A model generated the notes under the pieces. It had not been told where the DNA came from. It searched no databases and saw nothing but the letters and a program-made list of their open reading frames with translations. The position numbers and the translations under genes were made by a program. A DNA stretch of 64,000 bases from a virus. The DNA is taken from positions 24,647 through 88,646 of the IMG/VR virus record IMGVR_UViG_3300018080_000014, one strand, 5' to 3'. Within the stretch, counting starts at the first letter, position 1. Every line of letters begins with the position of its first letter. Below are positions 9,391 to 19,718 of the stretch, in pieces.

Positions 9391-10919
9391 TAGAAGTTCA
9401 CCTCACCAAGGTTTGATAGCTCTATTCGTTCGGTATTGGTTCCCCACCTGTATACCACCGCGATGTTTTCCCAGATACCGGATTCAGCAGCAGTCTGTAT
9501 CACGATTTCATCCGACGCGCTCTTGTTTCTCTTCGTCATGTACGGCATGATTGGTATCTCGATGCTTACCAGCCCGTCATGCCACCCATTCAACTGCGCT
9601 TGTTCCATGTATGCAGTTATGGCAGCTTGCAGCTTGTATCCACCATTCACGTCGTACCGTATGACTCCAGAAAGTATAAGCGCGAGGAGATTCGCTTCGA
9701 GAAGATGCTTTATCTGGTATCGACACCGAACGTTGTTTATCCATTTCTGGACACCAATACCAAACGTGTACCCGTAATTTAGCCACGAGTTTTCCACGAG
9801 ATGCGATGCCTTGACAATTGTCAAGATCCTCGCTTGCTTGAACGCGAGCTGCAGTGCCTCGCTCTCGTATGCCTCGATTGCGGTTGTTGGTATTGTACCC
9901 AGAACATCGTCCCTGACGCCATTCTTTCGTATCATGGCTGCTAACACGGCAGCCCCGTCGAAATCCCCCCTGTACCCATCTCCAGTTGTGGGAGTTTGCC
10001 TGAATGATGGTACCATGACGTTTCTCGTTTGTCCAAAATCACTTTGGCGGAGATCTTGCCATTTATTTGTTGCACCATAACTTGTCCCACTATCACCAGG
10101 TTTGGCATTCGCAGGCAAGCTGCAAATAGCCTGCCTATAGAACCCGCTACCAGATGACTGGTTACAGAAAGCAACTAATTCCTTGTAATCATCGACGAGA
10201 CTCGCACCACCATATATCCCTTCTGCTGGTGCAGATCCTGTCATCCTACCATGATCATACGCGAGGCTTGCGAATTGCGCATCCACTTGTCGCAGTACCT
10301 TGAACGCATCTGCAATTCCACTCGTCGTGTACGTCATGGTAACGATGTCAATTTCATCATTAACCTGCTGGTAATTACCAGCAGCATTGCGTGGATATGT
10401 CGCCTTGAAGGTGATCTTTCCAGTTTTTAACCCGGTGTCATCCTCTTCCTCGTCATATCCGCCAGCATCTTGTGTTACTGGTGCTCCGCCGTCGTATGAT
10501 ACCTTTACATTTGTTATGGTGGAAACCGGACCTATCTCCGACCTCCATTCAGACAAGCTTCCTGCTCTTATTGCTGGCTCATCCGTGTATGTTCCTCCAG
10601 AATCAGTGGTCTTGAACCTGTAAACGTATATAAATGCGGCATCCGCTCCCAGTCCAGCTTCCTCATTATAATAATCCTTTATCCACTTTGCCAGTGGTGT
10701 ATTGGAAATTGTACCGTTGTATGCGCTTTCAAATTCAGCATACGAGCTTATTCGCATTACACGCTTGCTATCAAGACCAGAACCAGACACGGGGCCAGAT
10801 AGGGAGAGAAACTTGGCGTCATTGTCATCGTCATATCCAACAACGATGGCATTTGCTCTGCCGGCACGAACCGGTCCCGGTGATGGTGGGGTTTCATTTA
10901 CTCTAACATATAGACTCAT
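9390..10919 (-). CDS. Tail sheath protein (contractile tail)
   Basis: Sheath hallmarks: N-terminal LYVRVNE, AIVVG, RISSYAEFESAY; C-terminal WINNVR and IRYDVNGG..LQAAI. Confidence 0.8.
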   Translation of the reverse strand: MSLYVRVNETPPSPGPVRAGRANAIVVGYDDDNDAKFLSLSGPVSGSGLDSKRVMRISSYAEFESAYNGTISNTPLAKWIKDYYNEEAGLGADAAFIYVYRFKTTDSGGTYTDEPAIRAGSLSEWRSEIGPVSTITNVKVSYDGGAPVTQDAGGYDEEEDDTGLKTGKITFKATYPRNAAGNYQQVNDEIDIVTMTYTTSGIADAFKVLRQVDAQFASLAYDHGRMTGSAPAEGIYGGASLVDDYKELVAFCNQSSGSGFYRQAICSLPANAKPGDSGTSYGATNKWQDLRQSDFGQTRNVMVPSFRQTPTTGDGYRGDFDGAAVLAAMIRKNGVRDDVLGTIPTTAIEAYESEALQLAFKQARILTIVKASHLVENSWLNYGYTFGIGVQKWINNVRCRYQIKHLLEANLLALILSGVIRYDVNGGYKLQAAITAYMEQAQLNGWHDGLVSIEIPIMPYMTKRNKSASDEIVIQTAAESGIWENIAVVYRWGTNTERIELSNLGEVNF

Positions 10920-10922
10920 GGT

Positions 10923-11570
10923 TTATACCTCCGCCAGTACCAGGGCGTATTCCCAGTCCTGTTCATTGTAATCGCTTTTCGCATCTATCGTCACGCCTCT
11001 TGTTGGTAACCCGAATGTTTCTTCATCATCCTCTACTTGTGACCAAATATCCACGTACCTGATCCAAAATCTGAGGAATCTGTGGGACACCATTTCACTA
11101 CGCAGGTGAGGTGTTATCTCCTTGTTAACCCATCCACGGCTGTAATCAATCGAGCCGCGATAATTGATGAGTATCCTGTCCCAATACTTGCGAACACGGG
11201 AAATCACCAATCTCATTATGGATTCCGAGAAGAATCGTGGATTCACCCGCCTCGATTCTATATTTTGTTCCTTTGATCGTATGGTTATCTGAACCTCGAC
11301 AGTCATCTCCTGTGAGAACAGGTGATACTGCCCACGTTCAGGGTCATTCACCACCTTTAGTAAATCTGACACGTGCCTTCTACTGATCATTTCGCCCCTG
11401 AACTCCACGGCAATGGTGCCATCACTACCAGTGCGCCGCTTGTCTTCAAAGGCTCTCATGGAAACCGAGTTGAAGGTCTCGTTGTTGACTACATATGGTT
11501 GATCATGGAGAGCGTCCACCAGTTCTATCTTGCATGCCTCGCTAAGCAATTGAGTTCGCCTCCACGTCAT
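10923..11570 (-). CDS. Tail terminator/neck protein
   Basis: 215 aa immediately upstream of sheath; beta-strand pattern (MTVEVQITIRS). Confidence 0.55.
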   Translation of the reverse strand: MTWRRTQLLSEACKIELVDALHDQPYVVNNETFNSVSMRAFEDKRRTGSDGTIAVEFRGEMISRRHVSDLLKVVNDPERGQYHLFSQEMTVEVQITIRSKEQNIESRRVNPRFFSESIMRLVISRVRKYWDRILINYRGSIDYSRGWVNKEITPHLRSEMVSHRFLRFWIRYVDIWSQVEDDEETFGLPTRGVTIDAKSDYNEQDWEYALVLAEV

Positions 11571-13209
11571 CGAGCAACCGTTCCGATTCCAATACCAGTC
11601 CTTCTTTTAAACCAAATGTTGAAAATGAAAACGCGGCAAGAGCCTCGTTAACATCCATTTTGTTTTTATAATCAATTTGATTATTCCACATGGTTGATAT
11701 TCTACCAAAATAAAAACTGGCTCCACTTGGCACGTCATATCTTAGCGTGCTCGATATCTTCGCAGCTGGTAGCACCCAGTTCCCACTACCACCTCCTTTA
11801 TACACCCCGCATTGGTCACTGACATGCCACGTACCATCCTCGTTTTGCATCACTTCCCAATGAAATCCATCCGCGGAATCGAGGTACGCGCGCACCCTGA
11901 GGATATACCCGGGTAGTGGTGAAAACCCATCACCAAAGACAATGCTCCTGAACTGCGTGTCATAATACCTGAACCCGTAAACAGTGTCCCAGATTGTAAT
12001 GATGCGAACATTGTCATCGGAATCTATGATATTGCCAACATAGTAATAGTATGTACCTCCGGCATGTGGACCATTCTGTGTCGTGAATTCGATGTAATGT
12101 GTTCCATCAAATGTCTGCGGACTTGGTGATTGTGGAAACGTGTAAATAGCGCCAACATTATTCGCGAGCGTATTTCTACGGAAATATAACCAATTTCCAT
12201 TTGGATTTGACACGACATCAAGCACATTATCACCAATAGCATATGGTATTTCCCACTGTTCACTTGCCTGTGGCTCGAATGGTCCAAGCTCGTATGACGA
12301 GAAATCCTCCTGCATCCCATCCTCGCACATGAAGCCAGTTTCTTCCACCTCCGTCACGGTGGTCGATTCCATGGTATCCATGTTAGTTATCGTGAGTGAA
12401 GCCTGCCCAAGAAGAGGTGTGATTACCAAATCTATCTTGTACGTCGTATCTTGCTCTATTTCAAATGGTCCATAGTACATCTTCCCAAGATATGCTTGCC
12501 ATAGCATGACAAACGTTGCATTATCAATGCCGATTTCCCGTCCTCCATAATCAATCCCGTACAACCCGTTGCTAAGAGCAGTACTTCCAGTAGAGAACTT
12601 GTACGAGATCTTCAGGGCACATGATGATAAAATATTAAGAATGGGAATGGTCGCGATGCCGCTTTCATCATAATCACCGGTCACCATCTCCAACTGTCCA
12701 CCAGATTGCACGATGCTCCTTACGCCCGAATCATCGTACTGCGGATCTTGTATCACCCACTTCTCGGGCACAGGGACGTCATCTGAAAAATCGTATGCCT
12801 TTGAGAGTACCGGGGCAGGATCGGTCGTTCTTTCCAAGAAAATGATGCACGTTCGTTCCTCGTCCATGTGTATATGATCGACGTGTCTAAATATCACGTC
12901 GCCGATAAATGCTCGTGTAAATGGTAGTCTGGTTCCTATTGGTAAATTGTATTTTATAAGTTGACTGTAAGGCACGTGAATCCGTTCTGTACCATGATAT
13001 GACAAGCCCTCCTCCATAGGCATTTCGCGCCTGTGTGGTGATATTACTGGATTCACGGCAAGTACACTAAAAACAATGGTGGGAATCTTCCGTGTATAAA
13101 GCCCACCTTCATCTCTCTCGCGTGGAGGAGACGCTTCTATCTCCAAGTAAATGGGGGTTTTCTTGTTGCGTCTCGCTGCTATGTGTCGAAGTAGCAAGTC
13201 TTGAAGCAT
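11542..13209 (-). CDS. Head-closure-like N-terminal domain fused to beta-sandwich (lectin-like) domains
   Basis: Neck position; ~130-aa N-terminal domain then aromatic/Gly-rich repeats (YDFSDD..., EDFSSYELG...). Confidence 0.45.
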   Translation of the reverse strand: MLQDLLLRHIAARRNKKTPIYLEIEASPPRERDEGGLYTRKIPTIVFSVLAVNPVISPHRREMPMEEGLSYHGTERIHVPYSQLIKYNLPIGTRLPFTRAFIGDVIFRHVDHIHMDEERTCIIFLERTTDPAPVLSKAYDFSDDVPVPEKWVIQDPQYDDSGVRSIVQSGGQLEMVTGDYDESGIATIPILNILSSCALKISYKFSTGSTALSNGLYGIDYGGREIGIDNATFVMLWQAYLGKMYYGPFEIEQDTTYKIDLVITPLLGQASLTITNMDTMESTTVTEVEETGFMCEDGMQEDFSSYELGPFEPQASEQWEIPYAIGDNVLDVVSNPNGNWLYFRRNTLANNVGAIYTFPQSPSPQTFDGTHYIEFTTQNGPHAGGTYYYYVGNIIDSDDNVRIITIWDTVYGFRYYDTQFRSIVFGDGFSPLPGYILRVRAYLDSADGFHWEVMQNEDGTWHVSDQCGVYKGGGSGNWVLPAAKISSTLRYDVPSGASFYFGRISTMWNNQIDYKNKMDVNEALAAFSFSTFGLKEGLVLESERLLDDVEANSIA

Positions 13210-13730
13210 TATAATTCAGGTAATTTTGTGGTAGTTCCTTCCTGATCGGCAATTGCATACGCGGTTCCTCGCGGTACTTCCTTTACTTGTTTCTTGAAGC
13301 GCCACTTCTTCCATCGCTTCATTAATTGGAAAAATTTCGTGCGATAGGTGTCATGCGGCAATAGCTCGTAGAATCCGCGAGCCATCCCTTTAGCAAAAAA
13401 GAACATGGGTTGCCAGCGCTGGAACATTGTTTCCACACGCCCGGAGACTATCCTTTGCACATCCCCGGAAGCGAACTGGACCTGTCCACGCATGGCTAGC
13501 CATTCGAGAGAAAGGGAAAGAGATGCGGCCCATATATATCCATATTGCCGCTTATCTGGCAAGTCCTCGATTTCATCAAAGAGTATTGGTTCGTCTTCCA
13601 GCCATGATTCCAGATCATCCCTTATCATCCACATGAGGACATCGGGAATATCATCTTCTGTTATATCAAAGCCGGAATATTGTAGATACTCCAGTATTTC
13701 ACTCTTTTCTGCTAATCGAGCATTTACCAT
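13209..13730 (-). CDS. Head-tail adaptor protein
   Basis: Likely start MVNARLAEK at 13730 just after the MCP stop; helical 173 aa. Confidence 0.55.
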   Translation of the reverse strand: MVNARLAEKSEILEYLQYSGFDITEDDIPDVLMWMIRDDLESWLEDEPILFDEIEDLPDKRQYGYIWAASLSLSLEWLAMRGQVQFASGDVQRIVSGRVETMFQRWQPMFFFAKGMARGFYELLPHDTYRTKFFQLMKRWKKWRFKKQVKEVPRGTAYAIADQEGTTTKLPEL

Positions 13731-13740
13731 GATTGCCACC

Positions 13741-14871
13741 TTACGCCGTTTCTGGTACGGTTTTTCTAAGCACGACAAGGCTCGAAAAGTCTTCCACGCC
13801 CGGTGCGAACTTGAGTTCAAATCGCATCCTGTAGATGTGCGGCTCGTGAGCAAGATAGCTGTACGTGTACAGCCCATCACCATTGTGGAACTGGCACGTC
13901 TTGCTGGTAAACGTGAATCCAACACGTGGTGCCGTAAGGAACGCGAACTCGTGCCCACTTTCACGCATGAACCAATACTTGTTCCAGTTCGTCCAACTTG
14001 TTGCCGCTTGGTCACCAAGACCCGGCGATCCACGAGCACCAACGTTTGCAGCGTTTTCCTTGTACGTCTGGGAGCGCACGACGTTGACCTGCATGTTGTA
14101 GTTGCTTGCCAATCCACCAAAGAATGCCTGCAGTGTTCCACCAGAAACATCCCTGACGTACTTGATCCGTTCAAGGATCACGTCATGGTTCTTGAGGATC
14201 TTCGCAGTCTTCGTACCAATGAAAAGCTGGTTCAAATCCTCGTCGCCAAGCTGTTGCTGGTATTCCACGGCATTGTCCATGTCTTTGAATGGATCCGAGT
14301 TGGACATATCATCCCACGTCTTGCCCTGCATCCCTTTCAATGATTTGGAAAGGTCAAACGTGAGCAAGCGATCCGTGATCTGGTTGGAGAAATTCCTGAT
14401 AGCATGTAAATTACCATACAGGTAGTTCACCAGCTCCAGTTCAACACGCCGCTCGATGCCACGCACGCAGATTTGCGTGAGTTTCTGCATCTTCGCGGAT
14501 GTTCCGAAGTTCGCCTCTGGTGCAAATTCCTCGAGGAATTCCTCCGGTTCCATCGCGAAACCCATCTTGGTCAAGCGGGTTGCCCATTGCTCGGCATTCA
14601 TGCCGGTCGTGATGTATCGTGTCCTGCCATATGGGGAGTGCATCTCCGAGATCATCTGTGGATCCACGATAAGGGGCCACTCAAAATGACTGCCGCCATC
14701 TGGTCGTCCTTTCATCTTAGGCATGACTCGCCCGAGAACGGCCTCCCATTTGGAATCCCACATGCGCACCATGGGGATAAATGCCTTCTTGAGAAGGGAA
14801 ATGGGAATTAGGTTGGCATAAGCCATGTTAGGTAATCCCATACCACTTGGATCATTAAAGTCCCATGACAT
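13741..14871 (-). CDS. Major capsid protein (HK97 fold)
   Basis: 376 aa after protease/scaffold and decoration genes; spine-helix-like IERRVELELVN and A-domain-like WDD..SDPFKDM...TKTAKILKNH (phage_cap_E-like pattern). Confidence 0.8.
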   Translation of the reverse strand: MSWDFNDPSGMGLPNMAYANLIPISLLKKAFIPMVRMWDSKWEAVLGRVMPKMKGRPDGGSHFEWPLIVDPQMISEMHSPYGRTRYITTGMNAEQWATRLTKMGFAMEPEEFLEEFAPEANFGTSAKMQKLTQICVRGIERRVELELVNYLYGNLHAIRNFSNQITDRLLTFDLSKSLKGMQGKTWDDMSNSDPFKDMDNAVEYQQQLGDEDLNQLFIGTKTAKILKNHDVILERIKYVRDVSGGTLQAFFGGLASNYNMQVNVVRSQTYKENAANVGARGSPGLGDQAATSWTNWNKYWFMRESGHEFAFLTAPRVGFTFTSKTCQFHNGDGLYTYSYLAHEPHIYRMRFELKFAPGVEDFSSLVVLRKTVPETA

Positions 14872-14873
14872 TT

Positions 14874-15371
14874 TTACGACACCACCTTGTTTATCAAGTT
14901 AATACCCATCAAGTTCTTTTCACCCGGCTTGATTGGACCACGTTTCACCCATCCAAGATATTGCTTTCCAGATGCCCACTTCACGGCGCCTCCGGGATAT
15001 GGTGCAATAGGATCGCCAGTCTGCAATACAGTGGATTCTTCCTTGTTCACCATCATTCTCGTGCCGAATTGGCAGAATGAAACGTCTCTCCTGAGATGCC
15101 TGAACTCGATATTCTTCAAGGCTTCTGCCACAGTTCCAGTCCCCTTGGGGATCTGGTCCTCCGACACGCCTATGCAGCGAGCAGCAGAAGTAACATCGGT
15201 GTATTCCGCGACATACGTGTAATCGGTATATACTGGTCCGCTACCACTTCCACTTGTGCCGTCCTCTTTGAGAGGAAACCCGATGCGTACCTGCTTGCCT
15301 TCTCGTACCTTGTATGAGCCAGATTCAATTACATCTGCCTCGTCCTGCCTGTTGAAGAATGGTGCCCCCAT
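14874..15371 (-). CDS. Head decoration/cement protein
   Basis: 165 aa Gly-rich beta protein between scaffold and MCP. Confidence 0.55.
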   Translation of the reverse strand: MGAPFFNRQDEADVIESGSYKVREGKQVRIGFPLKEDGTSGSGSGPVYTDYTYVAEYTDVTSAARCIGVSEDQIPKGTGTVAEALKNIEFRHLRRDVSFCQFGTRMMVNKEESTVLQTGDPIAPYPGGAVKWASGKQYLGWVKRGPIKPGEKNLMGINLINKVVS

Positions 15372-16483
15372 TACTTAAGCACCCCCTTCTTCCTGTAGAA
15401 GTCCGCCATCGCTCCCTTGAGACTTGGATCCACTGCTTCGAGCACCTCTTCAGGGGATACGTCACCGCTTATGCCTTGTGTAAACTCGTTGGCCATTTTC
15501 TTGGTCTGTTGTTGCCAAGTGGAAATTCGGTTATTTGGATCAAGCGTTTGTGTCTGGAGACCACGTAACTTGCCTTCAAGCTCCTTCTTGCGAGCTTCAA
15601 GCTTTTCTTTGGTCCAGCTCTTGTAGACGCTCCCGAATTCCGGTACGCCTTCCAGTTCGACAATAGCATCGATAAGCTTCTTCTCGTCACTCCTTTCAAA
15701 CACGAGCTCGGCTGCTTGTTCCTCGAACTTTCTCTTGAGGACGGTGAAATCCTTGCTGAGCTTTTCCAGCAACACCCGAGTGCTTTGTTCAGAGGAGATG
15801 GAGGCTTCCAGATTTTTCTTTTCCTCATGAGCCCCTTCGAGATCATTCTCAAGCGCGACGATTTTCTCTTCCAGCTCGCCTTTTTCAAGCGTGAGCTTTT
15901 CGAGCATCGTTTCCAGCTCTTGTGAAGTTTTCCCTTCCAAGGAATCAAGAGTGATTTTTTCTTGGTCTTCCAATGCTACCACTTCCGATTTTGGAACGCT
16001 TAAACAGTCTTTGCAGGCTGGATAATGCGTCCCGGTGTGTTCCACAATATCTGCCCAATAAGCTACCCCGTTTTCATATTTCACGGTATATTGAAGTGAT
16101 ATTCCAACTGGATCGCTTTCGTTTGCGGATTTTTCAACCCACTTGGCAAATATAATATTTTCTTCGAGATCCTTGCCGTTTGGAGCCTTTAATGGAACCC
16201 TGTACTCGCTACGCATGAATCTCTTGTTTTCTTCCAATGCTATCCATGACTTGTTGACACGCCCAAATATTGGTATAACTTTGGAATCATTGCCAGCTGG
16301 ATGCCTGTGTCTAAAAATAAGTGGATTACCCGGTGATTGCTCCGCCAGAATCTTCATTACATACTCACAGGCAAAATCCTCGCTAATACTTCTGGCCTCG
16401 AAAAAGAATTTGTCATCCTCGTACCGGTACGTGCCGGTAGATTCAAACTGGATTTTGATCGATTCAGCTGGCATAGCCGTCAC
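15371..16483 (-). CDS. Prohead protease plus coiled-coil scaffold
   Basis: N-terminal domain with PLIFRH, IFGRV, GISL motifs; C-terminal long E/K coiled coil; upstream of MCP. Confidence 0.7.
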   Translation of the reverse strand: MTAMPAESIKIQFESTGTYRYEDDKFFFEARSISEDFACEYVMKILAEQSPGNPLIFRHRHPAGNDSKVIPIFGRVNKSWIALEENKRFMRSEYRVPLKAPNGKDLEENIIFAKWVEKSANESDPVGISLQYTVKYENGVAYWADIVEHTGTHYPACKDCLSVPKSEVVALEDQEKITLDSLEGKTSQELETMLEKLTLEKGELEEKIVALENDLEGAHEEKKNLEASISSEQSTRVLLEKLSKDFTVLKRKFEEQAAELVFERSDEKKLIDAIVELEGVPEFGSVYKSWTKEKLEARKKELEGKLRGLQTQTLDPNNRISTWQQQTKKMANEFTQGISGDVSPEEVLEAVDPSLKGAMADFYRKKGVLK

Positions 16484-16521
16484 TATGAGATAGAATTGTC
16501 CCTACGCATATATAAACCTTG

Positions 16522-16965
16522 CTACAATAACATGCTGATGAAGGCCAGCAAGATGCAAACTACCCCGTTGAGTAGCAGGTATGCATCGGTCCTCCTGACC
16601 GACATCCTGTCCCCCTTCTTGATGTATATCAAGTACGTTCCCGTTTTCGTCCCGTTTGGTGGTTTCAAGTCGGCAAGCAGGTGAACGCCATACATTACAC
16701 AAAACGCGGCTGCACCGTTGAAACTTCCTTCCCAGAACCCGAGCATGAACACGCCCAAGGGGATGATAGCAGAATGCCAGAACCAATGCCTGTGCTTCGT
16801 GGCACCGTTCTTATCTACCTTTCTGGTATCCATGTCTGGTAGTGAGAAGGAAACAAGTGCCACCAGATCTAGCTTGCCAAAGCGCGGATTATCAAACAAT
16901 GCCACGAGCACGAATACCACGATAACACATGGTATCCCCGTGAGAGCATGTTGCCACCATTTCAT
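16522..16965 (-). CDS. Membrane-bound metal-dependent hydrolase (YdjM/DUF457-like)
   Basis: H...LPDMD...HRHWFWHS...HLLAD motif set with TM helices. Confidence 0.7.
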   Translation of the reverse strand: MKWWQHALTGIPCVIVVFVLVALFDNPRFGKLDLVALVSFSLPDMDTRKVDKNGATKHRHWFWHSAIIPLGVFMLGFWEGSFNGAAAFCVMYGVHLLADLKPPNGTKTGTYLIYIKKGDRMSVRRTDAYLLLNGVVCILLAFISMLL

Positions 16966-17237
16966 TCACTGTCACCAAAATCAACAACATTGATACCTTT
17001 CACGTTTTTCACGTGCTCGTTTAAATCCGTACCACAATCGTGCATTTTTGGATTCCACTTGGTCGGATCCCACATTTCTGGCTTCTTCTCGCTTTCTTCA
17101 ACCTGCTTCTGGTAACACTTCTCGCATAGGCGCGTTTCTTCTTCCCAGTAGTATTCATCAACGCTATCCATGCCTGTTGGCTTCTTTGCCTCGAATTCCT
17201 CGTTGCACTTCTCGCATACCTTAATAACCTTGTTCAA
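16962..17237 (-). CDS. Small Zn-finger protein
   Basis: CEKC...CEKC; coupled to neighbours. Confidence 0.6.
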   Translation of the reverse strand: MNKVIKVCEKCNEEFEAKKPTGMDSVDEYYWEEETRLCEKCYQKQVEESEKKPEMWDPTKWNPKMHDCGTDLNEHVKNVKGINVVDFGDSE

Positions 17238-17607
17238 ACTGATCCTCCTCTATTGTTCCAATTGGTCTTTTTCGTGATTGGTTGGCGATGAGAAACTCGT
17301 GCGATTTTGAATCCTGATTATTTGGACATCCTTCTGTATCGCAGCCCATGACTATCGCATTATTGGATTCATCCACCACATCCATGGGTTTTCCACAGAA
17401 TCTACATGGAACGGGTATTGGAAACGATTTTTTCGTCACGCCAAACCTATGGTAATCTTCTCGCTTGTTGTGCGTTATTTCTCGCAATCCAGCATCTATG
17501 TGCCTGCCTATATTGTCAACTCCACGTGGCATCCATTGCTTCGGTTGATCATATGGAATGTCAATGTGGAATTTCCGTAGCTTGCTTTCAAGTTTCGATG
17601 TCATCAC
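17221..17607 (-). CDS. Zn-ribbon protein
   Basis: CRFC...CDTEGC. Confidence 0.6.
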   Translation of the reverse strand: MMTSKLESKLRKFHIDIPYDQPKQWMPRGVDNIGRHIDAGLREITHNKREDYHRFGVTKKSFPIPVPCRFCGKPMDVVDESNNAIVMGCDTEGCPNNQDSKSHEFLIANQSRKRPIGTIEEDQFEQGY

Positions 17608-18227
17608 GGGACACCAGATATGTTTGATGCCAGCGCATTCGTGGCACCTTGTAATATTCTTGCCATCGCAGAGACGTATTCTGCCATTGCACCAGCAGTA
17701 TTCAAGTATGGTCTTGGTGGCACGTTCTTCTTACCATTGAACCACCCTATATGTATTATCAACGAGAGAGCAGGGGCGTCTATCCCTGCCAGCGGATGTA
17801 TGTTGCCCGTCGTTTGGTATCCTACCCTTATCTCGGGCGGATTGGATAAGTTAAGGCCGCCAGCAATCCATGCGGTGAGCTCACGCTCAAGGAATCCCGT
17901 GAGGACTGCCCTGTGACCCGGCCCAAGGGCGAATGGTGGTGCAGGTACTTGGAATGTCGTGCCTTGGCTATCGACAAACCATCGTTTGCCGCTCCATATT
18001 TTATCCTTTTCTTCCACCCATGACTGCGATAGTGGTGGACCATCTGACAGGTCGGCTCGCAGCCTGTCACGTGCAATGCGTTCCACCTCGTCGCGAATAT
18101 CGTTCAAGGCTTGCTGGATGATGGCGGTATTCGCTCTCGATAACCTGCCTCTCCTGTTGCCACTAAGGCGGCGTATCGCCCTGATGAACTGTATCATCTG
18201 GTTCGGATTCATGCTAACGCTTACCAT
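17604..18227 (-). CDS. Virion morphogenesis protein (Mu gpG/HK97 gp10-like)
   Basis: TG.L motif and C-terminal G...VPPRPYL; follows portal. Confidence 0.6.
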   Translation of the reverse strand: MVSVSMNPNQMIQFIRAIRRLSGNRRGRLSRANTAIIQQALNDIRDEVERIARDRLRADLSDGPPLSQSWVEEKDKIWSGKRWFVDSQGTTFQVPAPPFALGPGHRAVLTGFLERELTAWIAGGLNLSNPPEIRVGYQTTGNIHPLAGIDAPALSLIIHIGWFNGKKNVPPRPYLNTAGAMAEYVSAMARILQGATNALASNISGVP

Positions 18228-19718
18228 TCATTCCGCCTTTGTACTTGCTCGTTCCTGTCCACCATTGATTCCGCCATTCATGCTCATCTTGGTGGAATTC
18301 ATTTCCTCGAATTTTGATTGGAGTTTCTTCGCGACTGCTGGATCCAGCTCATCCATCACTGATCCCCATATGCCTTGAAGGATCTGGCGTGGTTCGTTCC
18401 AATCCTCGTAGAACATCTTATCAGCAGCGATGCCGACCGCTTCCACGAGATCTTTCACCTTCTCGATTATTGTTGGTGGAAATCTTATGGAAAATTCACT
18501 TCTCCGTGGTGTCCTCCCGTTTCTTGGCAGGAGGATGTTACGGAAGAAGGGTTCAAGCCTGTTCTTGTACTTGCCGATGAGGCCCTGTATGTACCTGACT
18601 TGTTGCTGATCGAGCGATTTGGATGTTGCCAGTTCTGTACCAGATGTAGAACGAAGTCCCATGGAACCCATGAGACCAAGCATTATTTGTTCGTCATACA
18701 GGTGGATAGCATCTATAAATATCTGTGAACTCTTTGCCGTGCTCTTGGAGAGTATTTCCACCTTGTTGTAACCGGGAGTTGCCATGGCACCAAAGTTGCG
18801 CATGTTTATCAGGGATTCGAGCAGCATGTCACGTTCACGCTTGAACTCCTCGTCATCTTCTGGCATGTACGAGTTGGGGTCGCCCGTGTACCCGACCTTT
18901 ATTGGTGACCACTCGCGCTCCGCGAAATTTCTCATGTACCACCGCACCCACCGCTTGTCGGCCATGATGTCGAGCAATGCTGATACCGGGGGCCGCCGGA
19001 AGAACTCGAATTCCATCATGGTGTCAGGTTTATTTGGAACGACGATGTATTCCATCTGTGTCTCGCCAGCATATAGCTGGAGAACGCTGCTGTTGATGTC
19101 GGTGATTGATTTTATCATCGGAGCACGTGATTTCACCCAGTTAAAGAATCCAGATGACGTGTAAAACGTCTTGTTGAGCTTCCTTGCTGCTTGGACATAA
19201 CATTCATATCCAGCTACTGGATCCTTTACTTTTGCTACGGTAAGTGGATCCAATCTTGCTAAGTCGATGCCATACTCGTTATCATCGCTGTAGAGTATTC
19301 TCCATACGCTCTTGTTGTGTACATGGTTATCAACGAGGGTGTCAGATGCGAGATCGTATATGTCTTGGTTGCTCTCGTTTATGCGCTCGCACCACCCTTC
19401 CACGATTTCCTTGTCCTCGGGATTGTCGCTGTTCACCTTTATCCCGGTTGAAAATATCGTATATGCCAGTATATACGTCCACGATATTGCTATGGGTGAC
19501 CTCCAGAAGCAAATCTCCCTGTTCGTGGCGGTATCGGGTATATCATTAATGTACAGCTTGCGGAGCGTGTCGTTTATTGGTGACATCTTCAGTATTAAAT
19601 CCAAGTATGTCACCAAAGATGGCGCTCCTGCCAGTACTGTTGGTTTTCTGTATATCTTCGTGTTTAAGGAGAGACTCCTTCCAGGATTACTTCCACGCAT
19701 CACTATCATGTTGTTCAC
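18228..19718 (-). CDS. Portal protein
   Basis: 496 aa directly after TerL; RLDPLTV, GTELATSKS, FSIRFPP patterns. Confidence 0.75.
   Translation of the reverse strand: MNNMIVMRGSNPGRSLSLNTKIYRKPTVLAGAPSLVTYLDLILKMSPINDTLRKLYINDIPDTATNREICFWRSPIAISWTYILAYTIFSTGIKVNSDNPEDKEIVEGWCERINESNQDIYDLASDTLVDNHVHNKSVWRILYSDDNEYGIDLARLDPLTVAKVKDPVAGYECYVQAARKLNKTFYTSSGFFNWVKSRAPMIKSITDINSSVLQLYAGETQMEYIVVPNKPDTMMEFEFFRRPPVSALLDIMADKRWVRWYMRNFAEREWSPIKVGYTGDPNSYMPEDDEEFKRERDMLLESLINMRNFGAMATPGYNKVEILSKSTAKSSQIFIDAIHLYDEQIMLGLMGSMGLRSTSGTELATSKSLDQQQVRYIQGLIGKYKNRLEPFFRNILLPRNGRTPRRSEFSIRFPPTIIEKVKDLVEAVGIAADKMFYEDWNEPRQILQGIWGSVMDELDPAVAKKLQSKFEEMNSTKMSMNGGINGGQERASTKAE

Noticed and set aside
13731-14174. 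5' extension of ORF 13209-14174 overlapping MCP (possible frameshift fusion)
   Set aside because: Extension is Arg/Ser/Thr-rich off-frame sequence; a good ATG exists at 13730; no clear slippery site seen.
13405-14343. 312-aa plus-strand ORF antisense to MCP, and similar long antisense ORFs (49436-50308, 60832-61632)
   Set aside because: Shadow ORFs of well-supported genes with no motifs of their own.
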